A stretch of 50,246 bases of DNA, from positions 1 through 50,246 of the IMG/VR virus record IMGVR_UViG_3300047496_000021, one strand, 5' to 3'. This DNA comes from a virus. The translations under genes and the position numbers were made by a program. The notes below the pieces were generated by a model. The model had not been told where the DNA came from and made no database searches. It saw only the letters and a list, made by a program, of their open reading frames with translations. Positions 17,519-24,972 of the stretch are shown here, in pieces (positions within the stretch are counted from its first letter, which is position 1; each line of letters starts with the position of its first letter).

Positions 17519-17912
17519 TCGCCGCCCTTTGCGCCGCTTTACGCTCGGCCCATTTACTCCGCCGCGCTAAGGTTTCATTTGCAATAGCGGCAAGAACGGG
17601 ATGATACCAGCGTCCATCCTTGCACAACGTCCACGGCGCCATCACGAGCGGTTTAAGGGCAAGCCACGGCTTTAGATTGCGCCTTCCAAAACCCGCCATA
17701 TCACTCAAAAAACTGTCATCATCTGGCAGACTTGCAACGGGAATTTGCTCGTAACATTCAGCCCAAAAATCGACGCTAATGCGGCAAACCTGATCGGTTG
17801 AAGATCGCCAGAAATTCGAACGTCTAAGCTTTTTATGAAACAGCGGGAACCAATCATATGATTGCAAATTGGAACCAGGCGGCGTGAGCGGATCAGGAAA
17901 ATCGTCGCTCAT
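17463..17912 (-). CDS. DUF1376-like replication-associated protein (as recalled)
   Basis: Start trimmed to the ATG at 17912, ATGA-coupled. Motif YDWFPLFHKKLRRSNFWRSS...VDFWAECY. Confidence 0.6.
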   Translation of the reverse strand: MSDDFPDPLTPPGSNLQSYDWFPLFHKKLRRSNFWRSSTDQVCRISVDFWAECYEQIPVASLPDDDSFLSDMAGFGRRNLKPWLALKPLVMAPWTLCKDGRWYHPVLAAIANETLARRSKWAERKAAQRAAMSHETSANVHPLVPRDMA

Positions 17913-18097
17913 TGATAGGGGGCCGTCAGGCTGACGTGTTTTTTTAGCCTGAAATAAGCGTCCAAAATCGCTTTTTTTCGTTGCGGCCACGCGCGCCTCG
18001 AAACGCGAGCAAGTTTCCGCGTTTCATCGCTGGTAGGAAGCTGGTCGCCAGTCAGCCGCCTCAATTTGTCACAAATCGGAACAACCGCAACTTTCAT
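17909..18097 (-). CDS. Hypothetical small protein
   Basis: 62 aa, ATGA-coupled at both ends between the helicase and the DUF1376-like gene. Confidence 0.45.
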   Translation of the reverse strand: MKVAVVPICDKLRRLTGDQLPTSDETRKLARVSRRAWPQRKKAILDAYFRLKKHVSLTAPYQ

Positions 18098-19599
18098 GCG
18101 TTCGCGCTCGCCTGCGCCTTTGCGCGCGCGATCATATATTTCTTGGTCTGACCTCGTATCCACGCGCTTGTCGCGGCCTCAATCGTATCAGCGGGCTCGA
18201 CGGTCTTCATATCGCGCGGCCAGTCGCCGAAGCGCTTTTTGAAATTGATGGCCGCCCAGCCCGGCTTATAAAAATGCTCGCGCTGATAGGTTAAAAGTTG
18301 CGCGTAAAAATCACGCTCAATTTGTGTATTGCGCTCAGTCTTGATCGTTTTTTTGCGCGAAAACTCCCGCAACTCGCCATCCACGGCCTCAACCGTATCC
18401 TCAGGCCGAGGCGTAAATCCGCACGCTGGACAGGTCAAAACGCGCGCCGGTTTGAGCGCGTGGCAGGATTTGCACTCTTTCGGAAGCGGGGGCGATTTAG
18501 GGTCGCGCTGGTCCCGATCCTTCGCCGCTTTCGGCTTTGGCCGCCCGTCGTCAAGAATGTCGTGGTGAATGTCGGTCACGAAGCCTAGGCGCAGCGTCGT
18601 GTCGGAATGGTCCAGAATAAGCGCCGATTCCTTGCCCGGCGCCGTTCGGAGCGCCCGACCGATTATCTGAACATAGAGCATTTCGCTCTTGGTCGGGCGC
18701 GCCAACACAAGACACCGCACGTCCCAATCAACGCCAGTTGTAAGGGTCCCGACGTTTGCCACCACGCGAAGCTCGCCGCTCGCGAATTTGCGCGCGATAG
18801 CTTTACGCTCCTCGCGTGGGGTGTTGGCGTCCTGATATCCGCAGCTTATGCCAGCGGCTTCAAATGACCGCTGAATGGCCATGGCGTGAGCGCAATCGAC
18901 GCCAAAGCAAAGCGTCTTATCCTTGCCCCACAATTCCAGCCAAGTCGTGACGATATCCCCGACAAGGCCGCCGGCCTGCATGGCCGCCGAAAGCTGATCC
19001 TGCTGATATTCCCCGGCGACAACCTTGACGTTCGACAGGTCGGGATGGACGGGTGCGAACACGCGGAACGGTGACAGATAGCCGCGTTCAATCAATTCCT
19101 GCGTGGTGGTCGCGATAATGAGCCGATCATAGTCCTGGCCAAGCCCTTTGCTCCACGGCGTGGCGCTCAACCCGATCCAGATTGTCTTGGCCCATGCAGG
19201 GTCACGCATTCGGGCCGATAATCCCTTATTGCGCCGGTGCGCCTCATCCACGATGCAGATATCAGGCGGCGCAACCTCGCGCCTCGCCAGCGTGTCGATG
19301 CTGATAATCTGGACGGGTCGCGCGTGATTGGTCTGGGGGTGATTGGCCTGAATGACCCCCATGTCATAGATGCCTTCGCGGAAAAACGAGTTGAAGGTTT
19401 GATCCACCAGATCCACGGCGGGCACCGTGAAATAAACGCGCTTGCCGCGATCCGCCGCTGATCGAATGATCGTGCTGGCGATCACGGTCTTGCCCGCGCC
19501 CGTTGGCGCCATCAAAAGCGGACGCTTGGCGCCGCTCGCCAACGCCTCGCGCAATTGGTCTATGGCGCGCTGCTGATAGTCGTGAAGCCGCTTGGGCAT
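18094..19599 (-). CDS. SF2 DEAH-box helicase with a C-terminal zinc ribbon
   Basis: Motifs MAPTGAGKT, IVDEAHR, QIIGRALR; CKSCH...CPACG. Confidence 0.85.
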   Translation of the reverse strand: MPKRLHDYQQRAIDQLREALASGAKRPLLMAPTGAGKTVIASTIIRSAADRGKRVYFTVPAVDLVDQTFNSFFREGIYDMGVIQANHPQTNHARPVQIISIDTLARREVAPPDICIVDEAHRRNKGLSARMRDPAWAKTIWIGLSATPWSKGLGQDYDRLIIATTTQELIERGYLSPFRVFAPVHPDLSNVKVVAGEYQQDQLSAAMQAGGLVGDIVTTWLELWGKDKTLCFGVDCAHAMAIQRSFEAAGISCGYQDANTPREERKAIARKFASGELRVVANVGTLTTGVDWDVRCLVLARPTKSEMLYVQIIGRALRTAPGKESALILDHSDTTLRLGFVTDIHHDILDDGRPKPKAAKDRDQRDPKSPPLPKECKSCHALKPARVLTCPACGFTPRPEDTVEAVDGELREFSRKKTIKTERNTQIERDFYAQLLTYQREHFYKPGWAAINFKKRFGDWPRDMKTVEPADTIEAATSAWIRGQTKKYMIARAKAQASANA

Positions 19600-19808
19600 T
19601 AGGCCGCCCGCTCCAGCTTCTCAGCCTTCGCCGCCACATCCCAATCCCTCAACGTCGCATAACTCGCCCACCGCTTGGCAATGATCGCGTCCCAATGCCG
19701 GCGGGGAATCGCATTGTTGCGCTTCCATCCGTAAACGGTGAAAATCGAGACGCCGCACACCGACGCCCATTCGCGCACCGGGCGGCTGTCGATGAACGTG
19801 GAAAACAT
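19599..19808 (-). CDS. Cro/YdaS-like helix-turn-helix regulator
   Basis: Start trimmed to the ATG at 19808. Sequence MFSTFIDSRPVREWASVCGVSIFTVYGWKRNNAIP. First gene of the leftward unit. Confidence 0.6.
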   Translation of the reverse strand: MFSTFIDSRPVREWASVCGVSIFTVYGWKRNNAIPRRHWDAIIAKRWASYATLRDWDVAAKAEKLERAA

Positions 19809-19898
19809 GCGGCGCCCTTTGTCGATAATCCGCAAGGCATGACACGCGCGGACGATAAAAACAAGCGCGAGAATTTGCGGAAAATCGACAATTCCCCC

Positions 19899-19926
19899 TT
19901 GCACCGTTCGCCAATCCGCGTATTAT
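19899..19926 (+). promoter_or_regulatory. Sigma70-like rightward early promoter
   Basis: TTGCAC (19899-19904), a 16-nt spacer, then TATTAT (19921-19926), about 32 nt upstream of the ATG at 19959. Confidence 0.5.
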
Positions 19927-19958
19927 CGGATTACGCCATGAGGGCGAGGAGAGACGAG
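19920..19958 (+). promoter_or_regulatory. Conserved -10/leader element, copy 1 (gtattatcggattacgccatgagggcgaggagaga)
   Basis: Near-identical copy at 20481-20519. Contains a small hairpin cgcc-N5-ggcg and the SD GAGGAG. Confidence 0.55.
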
Positions 19959-20126
19959 ATGTTCACCGAAGCCAACACTGAAGGTTTCACCACCGCCGAT
20001 CTGGCGATCATGAACGAGGCCTTGGCTGAGCGGATGGCTGCGGGCGAGGACGAGAAGTCCGCTTCTGACGCGATCAACAACGCTTGGCACCCCGGCGTCA
20101 CGGTCGAAACGCTGATCGCCGCCTAA
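19959..20126 (+). CDS. Hypothetical small early protein
   Basis: 55 aa; ATG preceded by gaggagagacgag. Confidence 0.55.
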   Translation: MFTEANTEGFTTADLAIMNEALAERMAAGEDEKSASDAINNAWHPGVTVETLIAA

Positions 20127-20150
20127 CCCCCCACAACGGAGATTGAGACG

Positions 20151-20471
20151 ATGGCTCGTTACATTCTGATCGACAACAACTCGGGGTACATTTTTGGCGA
20201 TACCGCCGACCTCGCCAATGGTGCGGCGCTGGAGCCCTGCGATGCCGCACTGGCGCTTGACCAAAGTATCGGGGAGCATGGCCGCGACTACGATCTGATC
20301 CGCCACAACCCGAACGACAGCCGCACCGGTTACCACGTCTATCGCGCCGATATTGATGGCCCGGACGCGGTCGCGGTAGTCCATGACGGTCAGGACCAAG
20401 ACACCATCGACGCCGTGAAGGAAAATTGCCGCTACGAGGGCTTTGTTTGGGTCCAGGACGCGGATGAATGA
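20151..20471 (+). CDS. Hypothetical protein
   Basis: 106-aa ORF with SD ggagattgagacg upstream. Confidence 0.6.
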   Translation: MARYILIDNNSGYIFGDTADLANGAALEPCDAALALDQSIGEHGRDYDLIRHNPNDSRTGYHVYRADIDGPDAVAVVHDGQDQDTIDAVKENCRYEGFVWVQDADE

Positions 20472-20480
20472 GCCGCCCCC

Positions 20481-20519
20481 GTATATACGATTACGCCATT
20501 AGGGCGAGGAGAGAACGAT
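20481..20519 (+). promoter_or_regulatory. Conserved -10/leader element, copy 2 (gtatatacgattacgccattagggcgaggagaga)
   Basis: Matches 19920-19958 apart from a few substitutions and one indel; sits directly upstream of the ATG at 20520. Confidence 0.55.
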
Positions 20520-20846
20520 ATGACCGTTGCACCACAAATGACGAGTTTTGAGCGCGAAATGTTTGAGGCGGGTCATGCTGAAACGTATCGCGGTTACACG
20601 ATCACCCCCAAACGCGATTTTGGTCGGTATGGGTATTGGTCCGCCGATCATCGGTGCAACCTAAATGCGGGCTGGGTTATAACTTATTTGGAAGGAGAAT
20701 ATCGCGGTTGTAATGCAATGCCCGGGGCGACCTTTGCATGGACGCTCGTTGAGGCGCGAGAAATGATTGACGATCTTATCTCGGCAGGCGGAGAAAAAAA
20801 CGCTCAAGCATTTTGGGATAAACGTAAAGAAAGGAGGGTTGCATAA
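20520..20846 (+). CDS. Hypothetical protein
   Basis: 108-aa ORF; its 3' half is visibly AT-richer than the genome. Confidence 0.6.
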   Translation: MTVAPQMTSFEREMFEAGHAETYRGYTITPKRDFGRYGYWSADHRCNLNAGWVITYLEGEYRGCNAMPGATFAWTLVEAREMIDDLISAGGEKNAQAFWDKRKERRVA

Positions 20847-20884
20847 CGCTTAACACCCACCCCAACCCTTAAGGAGAGACAGAG

Positions 20885-21130
20885 ATGGCCGATTCCGCAT
20901 TCAAATCTGCGCCTTTTGCGAGCTACACAACGGGAGAACTGCGCGAGCGTATTGCGCGCGGGTCTGACAAGTCCGCCCAGATGCTCGCTGAACTAGCGCG
21001 CCGTGACCGCGTCTCGGCTGGCGACCGATCTGTCATGTATCCGGGCGAGCGGCTTCGTTACGTTCAAGCCAACCCCGATGCGCCGCCGTTTTCGAGCTTG
21101 GGGATTGTTCCCATTGAACGGCGCCCCTAA
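20885..21130 (+). CDS. Hypothetical protein
   Basis: 81-aa ORF, SD aaggagagacagag. Confidence 0.6.
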   Translation: MADSAFKSAPFASYTTGELRERIARGSDKSAQMLAELARRDRVSAGDRSVMYPGERLRYVQANPDAPPFSSLGIVPIERRP

Positions 21131-21168
21131 CCCTCCCCCATTCCCGTAAACCTAGAGGAGATTGAAAT

Positions 21169-21903
21169 ATGGCAACCCTAACCGCCGACCTCGCCTTTGA
21201 CCGTTATAGCGCCTTCTATGAGCGCGACGCCTTGGTCCAATCCTCATGGCATTCCAGAGATGCCGATGGCCGCGAACTGGCCTGCGGGCTCGGCGCACTT
21301 GATCCGGAGATCAATTCGGCCGCCGATTGCCCGTCGTCGGTCATGCCTCGCTGGCTGGCGCAAATGGTCCCTTGGTTTTTCGATAACCAGCCGTTTGACG
21401 ACGCTAAGGGTTGGGGGCTGGCGTTCTACGCCGAACTAAAGCGCCTCAAGGGCGCCGTGCCTTTTTCCGTCGTTCACGACTGGCAGGCCACTATCGTCGG
21501 CCCAATGAACGTCGAGATTTGCGAGGCGCCGGGCTGGGACGCCGCGTTGCCCCTGGCCGTTCAGCGCCTCCATGAGCGTGCCCTGGCCGGGGACCTAGCC
21601 CCCCGCGACGAATGGTTCGCGGCGCTCAAGCCGTCTCTGCAACAGGCTTACAGAAAGCGATACGCCGACGCCTACGCCTACGCCAACGCCTACGCCGACG
21701 CCCACGCCAACGCCAACGCCTACGCCTACGCCGACGCCCACGCCAACGCCAACGCCTACGCCGACGCCCACGCCAACGCCTACGCCTACGCCAACGCCAA
21801 CGCCAACACCTACACCAACCCCGACACCTACAAACAGCATGTCAAGCGATTGGCGTCTGGAATGGTCGAATGCCTCAAGCGCGTTCCGACGCCAGAAGCC
21901 TAA
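21169..21903 (+). CDS. Cys-motif domain protein with a (Y/D/H/N)-Ala dipeptide array; paralogue of 34408..35265
   Basis: 244 aa, SD gaggagattgaaat. Shares LVQSSWH, ELAC.LGA and DCP...MP.WLA with the second copy. Confidence 0.75.
   Translation: MATLTADLAFDRYSAFYERDALVQSSWHSRDADGRELACGLGALDPEINSAADCPSSVMPRWLAQMVPWFFDNQPFDDAKGWGLAFYAELKRLKGAVPFSVVHDWQATIVGPMNVEICEAPGWDAALPLAVQRLHERALAGDLAPRDEWFAALKPSLQQAYRKRYADAYAYANAYADAHANANAYAYADAHANANAYADAHANAYAYANANANTYTNPDTYKQHVKRLASGMVECLKRVPTPEA
21661..21831 (+). repeat. Hexanucleotide coding array NACGCC x24 (perfect to 21804) plus degenerate units
   Basis: Read directly: tacgcc gacgcc tacgcc tacgcc aacgcc ... Only the first base of each unit varies. 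Confidence 0.9.
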
Positions 21904-21932
21904 CCCCTCGCCTAAAGAGCCGAAAGGAAAGC

Positions 21933-22139
21933 ATGATGGCCACCCACGACCTTGAGCAAGCTTGCACCGCTTTCAAACGTGCGACCATTTATCTGTTTGG
22001 ATATGTCGCGGAATGGGCCAAAATTGACACCCCGACACCTGACCAAATGGCCAATCTTCGCGGCCAGATTGCAGAAACCGAGGCCAAGAATGCGGCCTAC
22101 CTCGCGGCTTTCAAAGCGAAATATCCCGACGCCGCCTAA
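21933..22139 (+). CDS. Hypothetical small protein
   Basis: 68 aa from ATG 21933 (or 21936), SD aaaggaaag. Confidence 0.55.
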   Translation: MMATHDLEQACTAFKRATIYLFGYVAEWAKIDTPTPDQMANLRGQIAETEAKNAAYLAAFKAKYPDAA

Positions 22140-22278
22140 CCTTCACCCCGCGCGCCATCTTGGCCCGCACAACCTGCAGAACCACCCGAATGACCAAACT
22201 CACCCCCGACGAAGCCGAAGCGCCTGAGCCGACATCCGCCGAGGTCGCCAAGGCCCTCGATTGGGGAATTATATATTT

Positions 22279-22320
22279 GGGAATTATATAGTTGACTCCC
22301 TCACGGAGCCGGGGTAGATA
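22279..22320 (+). promoter_or_regulatory. Promoter cassette copy 1: gggaattatata box, TTGACT, 17 nt, TAGATA
   Basis: TTGACT at 22292-22297 and TAGATA at 22315-22320. An extra gggaattatata copy lies at 22264-22275. Confidence 0.65.
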
Positions 22321-22367
22321 TCTACTTACCGGATCGGAAACACCCGAGCGGACAAGGAGATAGAACG

Positions 22368-22559
22368 ATGAACACCGTCGAAGCTGACCAAATCATGGAA
22401 CTCGCGAAGGCGGTCAACAAGCTCCGGGACCAAATTCACAATATGTTTGGCAAGGACGGCGACCCAATCCTAATTCATGACGCCATAACCGCAGCAGATC
22501 GCATTTATGGCGACCTGAAAGACATGGGTCTCGACAATTGCTCTAACAAATATCTCTAA
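22368..22559 (+). CDS. Hypothetical protein in an AT-rich stretch
   Basis: 63-aa ORF, SD acaaggagatagaacg, downstream of promoter copy 1. Confidence 0.6.
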   Translation: MNTVEADQIMELAKAVNKLRDQIHNMFGKDGDPILIHDAITAADRIYGDLKDMGLDNCSNKYL

Positions 22560-22582
22560 ATCACAAATTGGGAATTGCCAAA

Positions 22583-22726
22583 ATGACCTATACAATAGTC
22601 GATTGGAACTATCGTTCAGACGACCATGGTGTTGAGAGGTTTTCGGCCAAATACGAAAACCGGGACGAAGCCATAAATTCTCTGTCCAATATGAGACGCG
22701 GTAAATTATGGGAATTATATATTTGA
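22583..22726 (+). CDS. Hypothetical small protein (47 aa, below the ORF-track cutoff)
   Basis: ATG at 22583; the TGA at 22724-22726 lies inside the next TTGACT box. AT-rich. Confidence 0.3.
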   Translation: MTYTIVDWNYRSDDHGVERFSAKYENRDEAINSLSNMRRGKLWELYI

Positions 22727-22751
22727 CTCCCTGAATGATCCGGGGTATATA
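22710..22751 (+). promoter_or_regulatory. Promoter cassette copy 2: gggaattatata box, TTGACT, 17 nt, TATATA
   Basis: TTGACT at 22723-22728 and TATATA at 22746-22751. Similarity to copy 1 continues through the SD acaaggagatagaa. Confidence 0.65.
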
Positions 22752-22798
22752 TCTACTTGTCAGGTCGGACACGGCCACGCGAACAAGGAGATAGAAAC

Positions 22799-22981
22799 AT
22801 GTCTACCAATGACAAAAAGGCAAAGATTTTGGCCGCCGCCGCGACGCACGGACATCACGCCGATATCTATTGGAACGAGGCCAACGAGCTTCGCGCGCAG
22901 GGACTTATCGAGCTGCGCGAAACCTTCACGAAGGTGGGGGCGCGCGTGAGCCGGTGGTTTCTGACCAAGCAGGAGGGCTGA
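22799..22981 (+). CDS. Hypothetical small protein
   Basis: 60 aa from ATG 22799 (MSTNDKK), SD aaggagatagaaac. Confidence 0.6.
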   Translation: MSTNDKKAKILAAAATHGHHADIYWNEANELRAQGLIELRETFTKVGARVSRWFLTKQEG

Positions 22982-22983
22982 AC

Positions 22984-23295
22984 GTGAGCGTGATCCCTTG
23001 CCATCGTGGCGGCCATCTCTGCAATTGGCCCGCGTGTTCGCCAACTTGCGATGGGCGACCGAGTGCCGATGCGTATTCTAGCGCGTTGGACAAGTTTCCC
23101 GAGCCTGATGATGTCATTCAAGAGGTGCTGACCTCTATCAACCGAGCGATTGCAGGGGTGAACACTCTCCATATCGGGCCGATTGATTACAACATTTCCA
23201 CAACCGTTGATGACTTGTTGGTAGCTATCCGCCTGCTTGAACGGCTTGGACATGATGTGCATGAGCGTTTTGGCTTGCCGGATACGGCTCAATGA
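22984..23295 (+). CDS. Hypothetical Cys-rich protein
   Basis: GTG at 22984, 2 nt after the upstream stop; sequence CHRGGHLCNWPACSPTCDG. Confidence 0.45.
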   Translation: MSVIPCHRGGHLCNWPACSPTCDGRPSADAYSSALDKFPEPDDVIQEVLTSINRAIAGVNTLHIGPIDYNISTTVDDLLVAIRLLERLGHDVHERFGLPDTAQ

Positions 23296-23672
23296 GCAAG
23301 TCCACGATCTCCACCTTTGAACTGTTCCAGATATTCCCCGATGCGGAGGCCGCGCGGGTCTACATGGAAGGCAAGCGTTGGCCGGATGGGGCTGTCTGTC
23401 CCGGCTGCAACGAGCCGAAGCGGATCACCACCCGCAAGGGCGGCTACTACCGTTGCAACGCCTGTAAGACGGATTTCACCGTCCGAACCGGCACGATCTT
23501 CGAGCGGTCCCATATCCCGCTGCACAAGTGGCTCTACGCCTTGTATCTGCTCGTCACGGCCCGCAAGGGGATCAGCAGTCTTCAACTGGCGAAGCAGATC
23601 GGCGTGACCCAGAAATCCGCGTGGTTCATGCTCCAACGGCTCCGCGAGGCGTGCGGCATCGTAAGGATTTGA
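23292..23672 (+). mobile_element. IS1595-family transposase N-terminal fragment (zinc-ribbon/HTH part only, no DDE domain)
   Basis: FELFQIFPDAEAARVYMEGKRWPDGAVCPGCNEP...YRCNACKTDFTVRTGTIFERSHIPLHKWLYA. The ORF stops after 126 aa, where the catalytic domain should begin. Confidence 0.7.
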
Positions 23673-23676
23673 TCGC

Positions 23677-23820
23677 ATGAGCGAAGTTCTGAAGGCCCTT
23701 GAAGGGATCACGGCCCGCGTTCTCGGCTACCACCCGAAGGACAAGGGCCTCGCGGCGGCGAAGGTTAAACGCAAGATTGACCGCGAGGAACGGAAAGCGA
23801 AAAAGGATGCAGGCGAGTGA
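23677..23820 (+). CDS. Hypothetical small basic protein (47 aa), possibly a gene remnant
   Basis: ATG 5 nt after the upstream stop; the GTGA junction with the next fragment suggests coupling. Confidence 0.3.
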   Translation: MSEVLKALEGITARVLGYHPKDKGLAAAKVKRKIDREERKAKKDAGE

Positions 23821-24005
23821 ACTATATAAGTCCCCTCGATTGGGGATATCTGCGAACCTGCCACGCGGTCCAAGGCTACGAATATGAGGACGTGACGGTG
23901 ATTGATGACAGCCGCTTGCTAGGCGGCATCGTTGACCCTGCTAAATGGCTTTATACCGCTATCACGCGGGCATCTGATCGACTCACGGTTCTATTGCGCG
24001 ACTAA
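23817..24005 (+). pseudogene. C-terminal remnant of a RecD/Dda-like SF1 helicase
   Basis: TCHAVQGYEYEDVTVIDDS...WLYTAITRASDRLTVL matches the last helicase motifs (TVHKSQGSE...YTAITRA). Only 62 aa. Confidence 0.6.
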
Positions 24006-24009
24006 CCTG

Positions 24010-24360
24010 TTATCCTGCCAGCGGCTCCGAGCCACGACCCCCGGCGCGTACACGGCGTCGGGGGTTTTTCGTTTCCCACGCCGCTTTCTCGCGTTCGGCA
24101 CTCTCGCCAGCCTCAACCTCCGCGACCAGATCCCCCAAATCATCCGCCAGCTCGCGCACGTAATCCGCCGCAAACTCTAGCCCACCGCCGGCAATGAGCG
24201 CCCGCACATGGGCCTGAATTAGCGCGAAATGCCCCTCACGTCGTGGTCGCCAATCGCTGAACGCCTCCACGACCTGGCGCGCGAGAATGTCGGCAGTCAG
24301 TGCGTCGGCGGCGTCAAGGCTGGCGTCGGCGCGGGTCCAGAGATCGTCCCACGGCGTCAT
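24010..24360 (-). CDS. Hypothetical protein
   Basis: 116 aa, ATGA-coupled to the gcrA stop; its 3' end overlaps the plus-strand terminator hairpin. Confidence 0.5.
   Translation of the reverse strand: MTPWDDLWTRADASLDAADALTADILARQVVEAFSDWRPRREGHFALIQAHVRALIAGGGLEFAADYVRELADDLGDLVAEVEAGESAEREKAAWETKNPRRRVRAGGRGSEPLAG
24037..24069 (+). terminator. Rho-independent terminator ending the first rightward block
   Basis: A 9-bp stem cccccggcg / cgtcggggg (one G-U pair), a 9-nt loop, then ttttt at 24065-24069. Confidence 0.7.
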
Positions 24361-24953
24361 GCGTAACGACGGGCCAGTTTCTCCAGATCGCGGGCTTTTC
24401 GCGGGGCTTCCGGCTTATAGGCTATCGCCGCATGGGCCACACAGTAGCTCGCGCCCTCACCTTTGACCGGCGCGCAACACGACAGCATGTCCTCACCCTC
24501 GCCAATCGGCCATGCGCATTCGCCGTAACCGCGCGTGAGGAAATGCCGGGGTTCTACAGGCCCGTCAGCCGCAACGCTCAGCTGCGGCGGCGTTGGCGCA
24601 CGTCTTGGCCCGGCCACGCGCCACGGCGTCACGGTCGCTTGCGTGGACCTCGCAACGTCGATCTCGCGCGGGCGTGAGGGTTTCACAACCACCGGCTTCG
24701 CAGATTTCATAGCATCAATCTCAACCGGACGGCGCTTGGGCTGCACACGCGGCTGACGCTGCACCTTATCCGGGTCAGTCGGCACGACACGGTGCGACAT
24801 GCCCAGCCGGTGAATCTTGCCGATCACGCCATTACGCGTGCAACCGCCTATCGCCCGCGCGATTTGGCTGCACGATAGGCCCTCGATCCATAATCGCTTC
24901 AGCTCGTCGACGCGCTCGTCAGTCCAGCCGGTCGGTGTGTCTGTGATGTTCAT
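24357..24953 (-). CDS. gcrA: GcrA-family cell-cycle regulator homologue
   Basis: Start trimmed to the ATG at 24953. N terminus WTDERVDELKRLWIEGLSCSQIARAIGGCTRNGVIGKIHRLG. C terminus CAWPIGEGEDMLSCCAPVKGEGASYCVAHAAIAYKP. Confidence 0.9.
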   Translation of the reverse strand: MNITDTPTGWTDERVDELKRLWIEGLSCSQIARAIGGCTRNGVIGKIHRLGMSHRVVPTDPDKVQRQPRVQPKRRPVEIDAMKSAKPVVVKPSRPREIDVARSTQATVTPWRVAGPRRAPTPPQLSVAADGPVEPRHFLTRGYGECAWPIGEGEDMLSCCAPVKGEGASYCVAHAAIAYKPEAPRKARDLEKLARRYA

Positions 24954-24972
24954 GGCGCCCCTCCTTGGCGGT

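Noticed and set aside
21595-21840. Exotic repeat ORFs: (GV)n on the minus strand here, (AV)n at 28594..28884, (AT)n at 28670..28927, RRRS repeats at 28421..28921, poly-Pro at 34844..35320 and poly-Gly at 34929..35216
   Set aside because: They are alternative-frame readings of the three hexanucleotide arrays. Only the plus-strand frames listed as features connect to normal N- and C-terminal protein sequence, start sites and neighbouring gene coupling.
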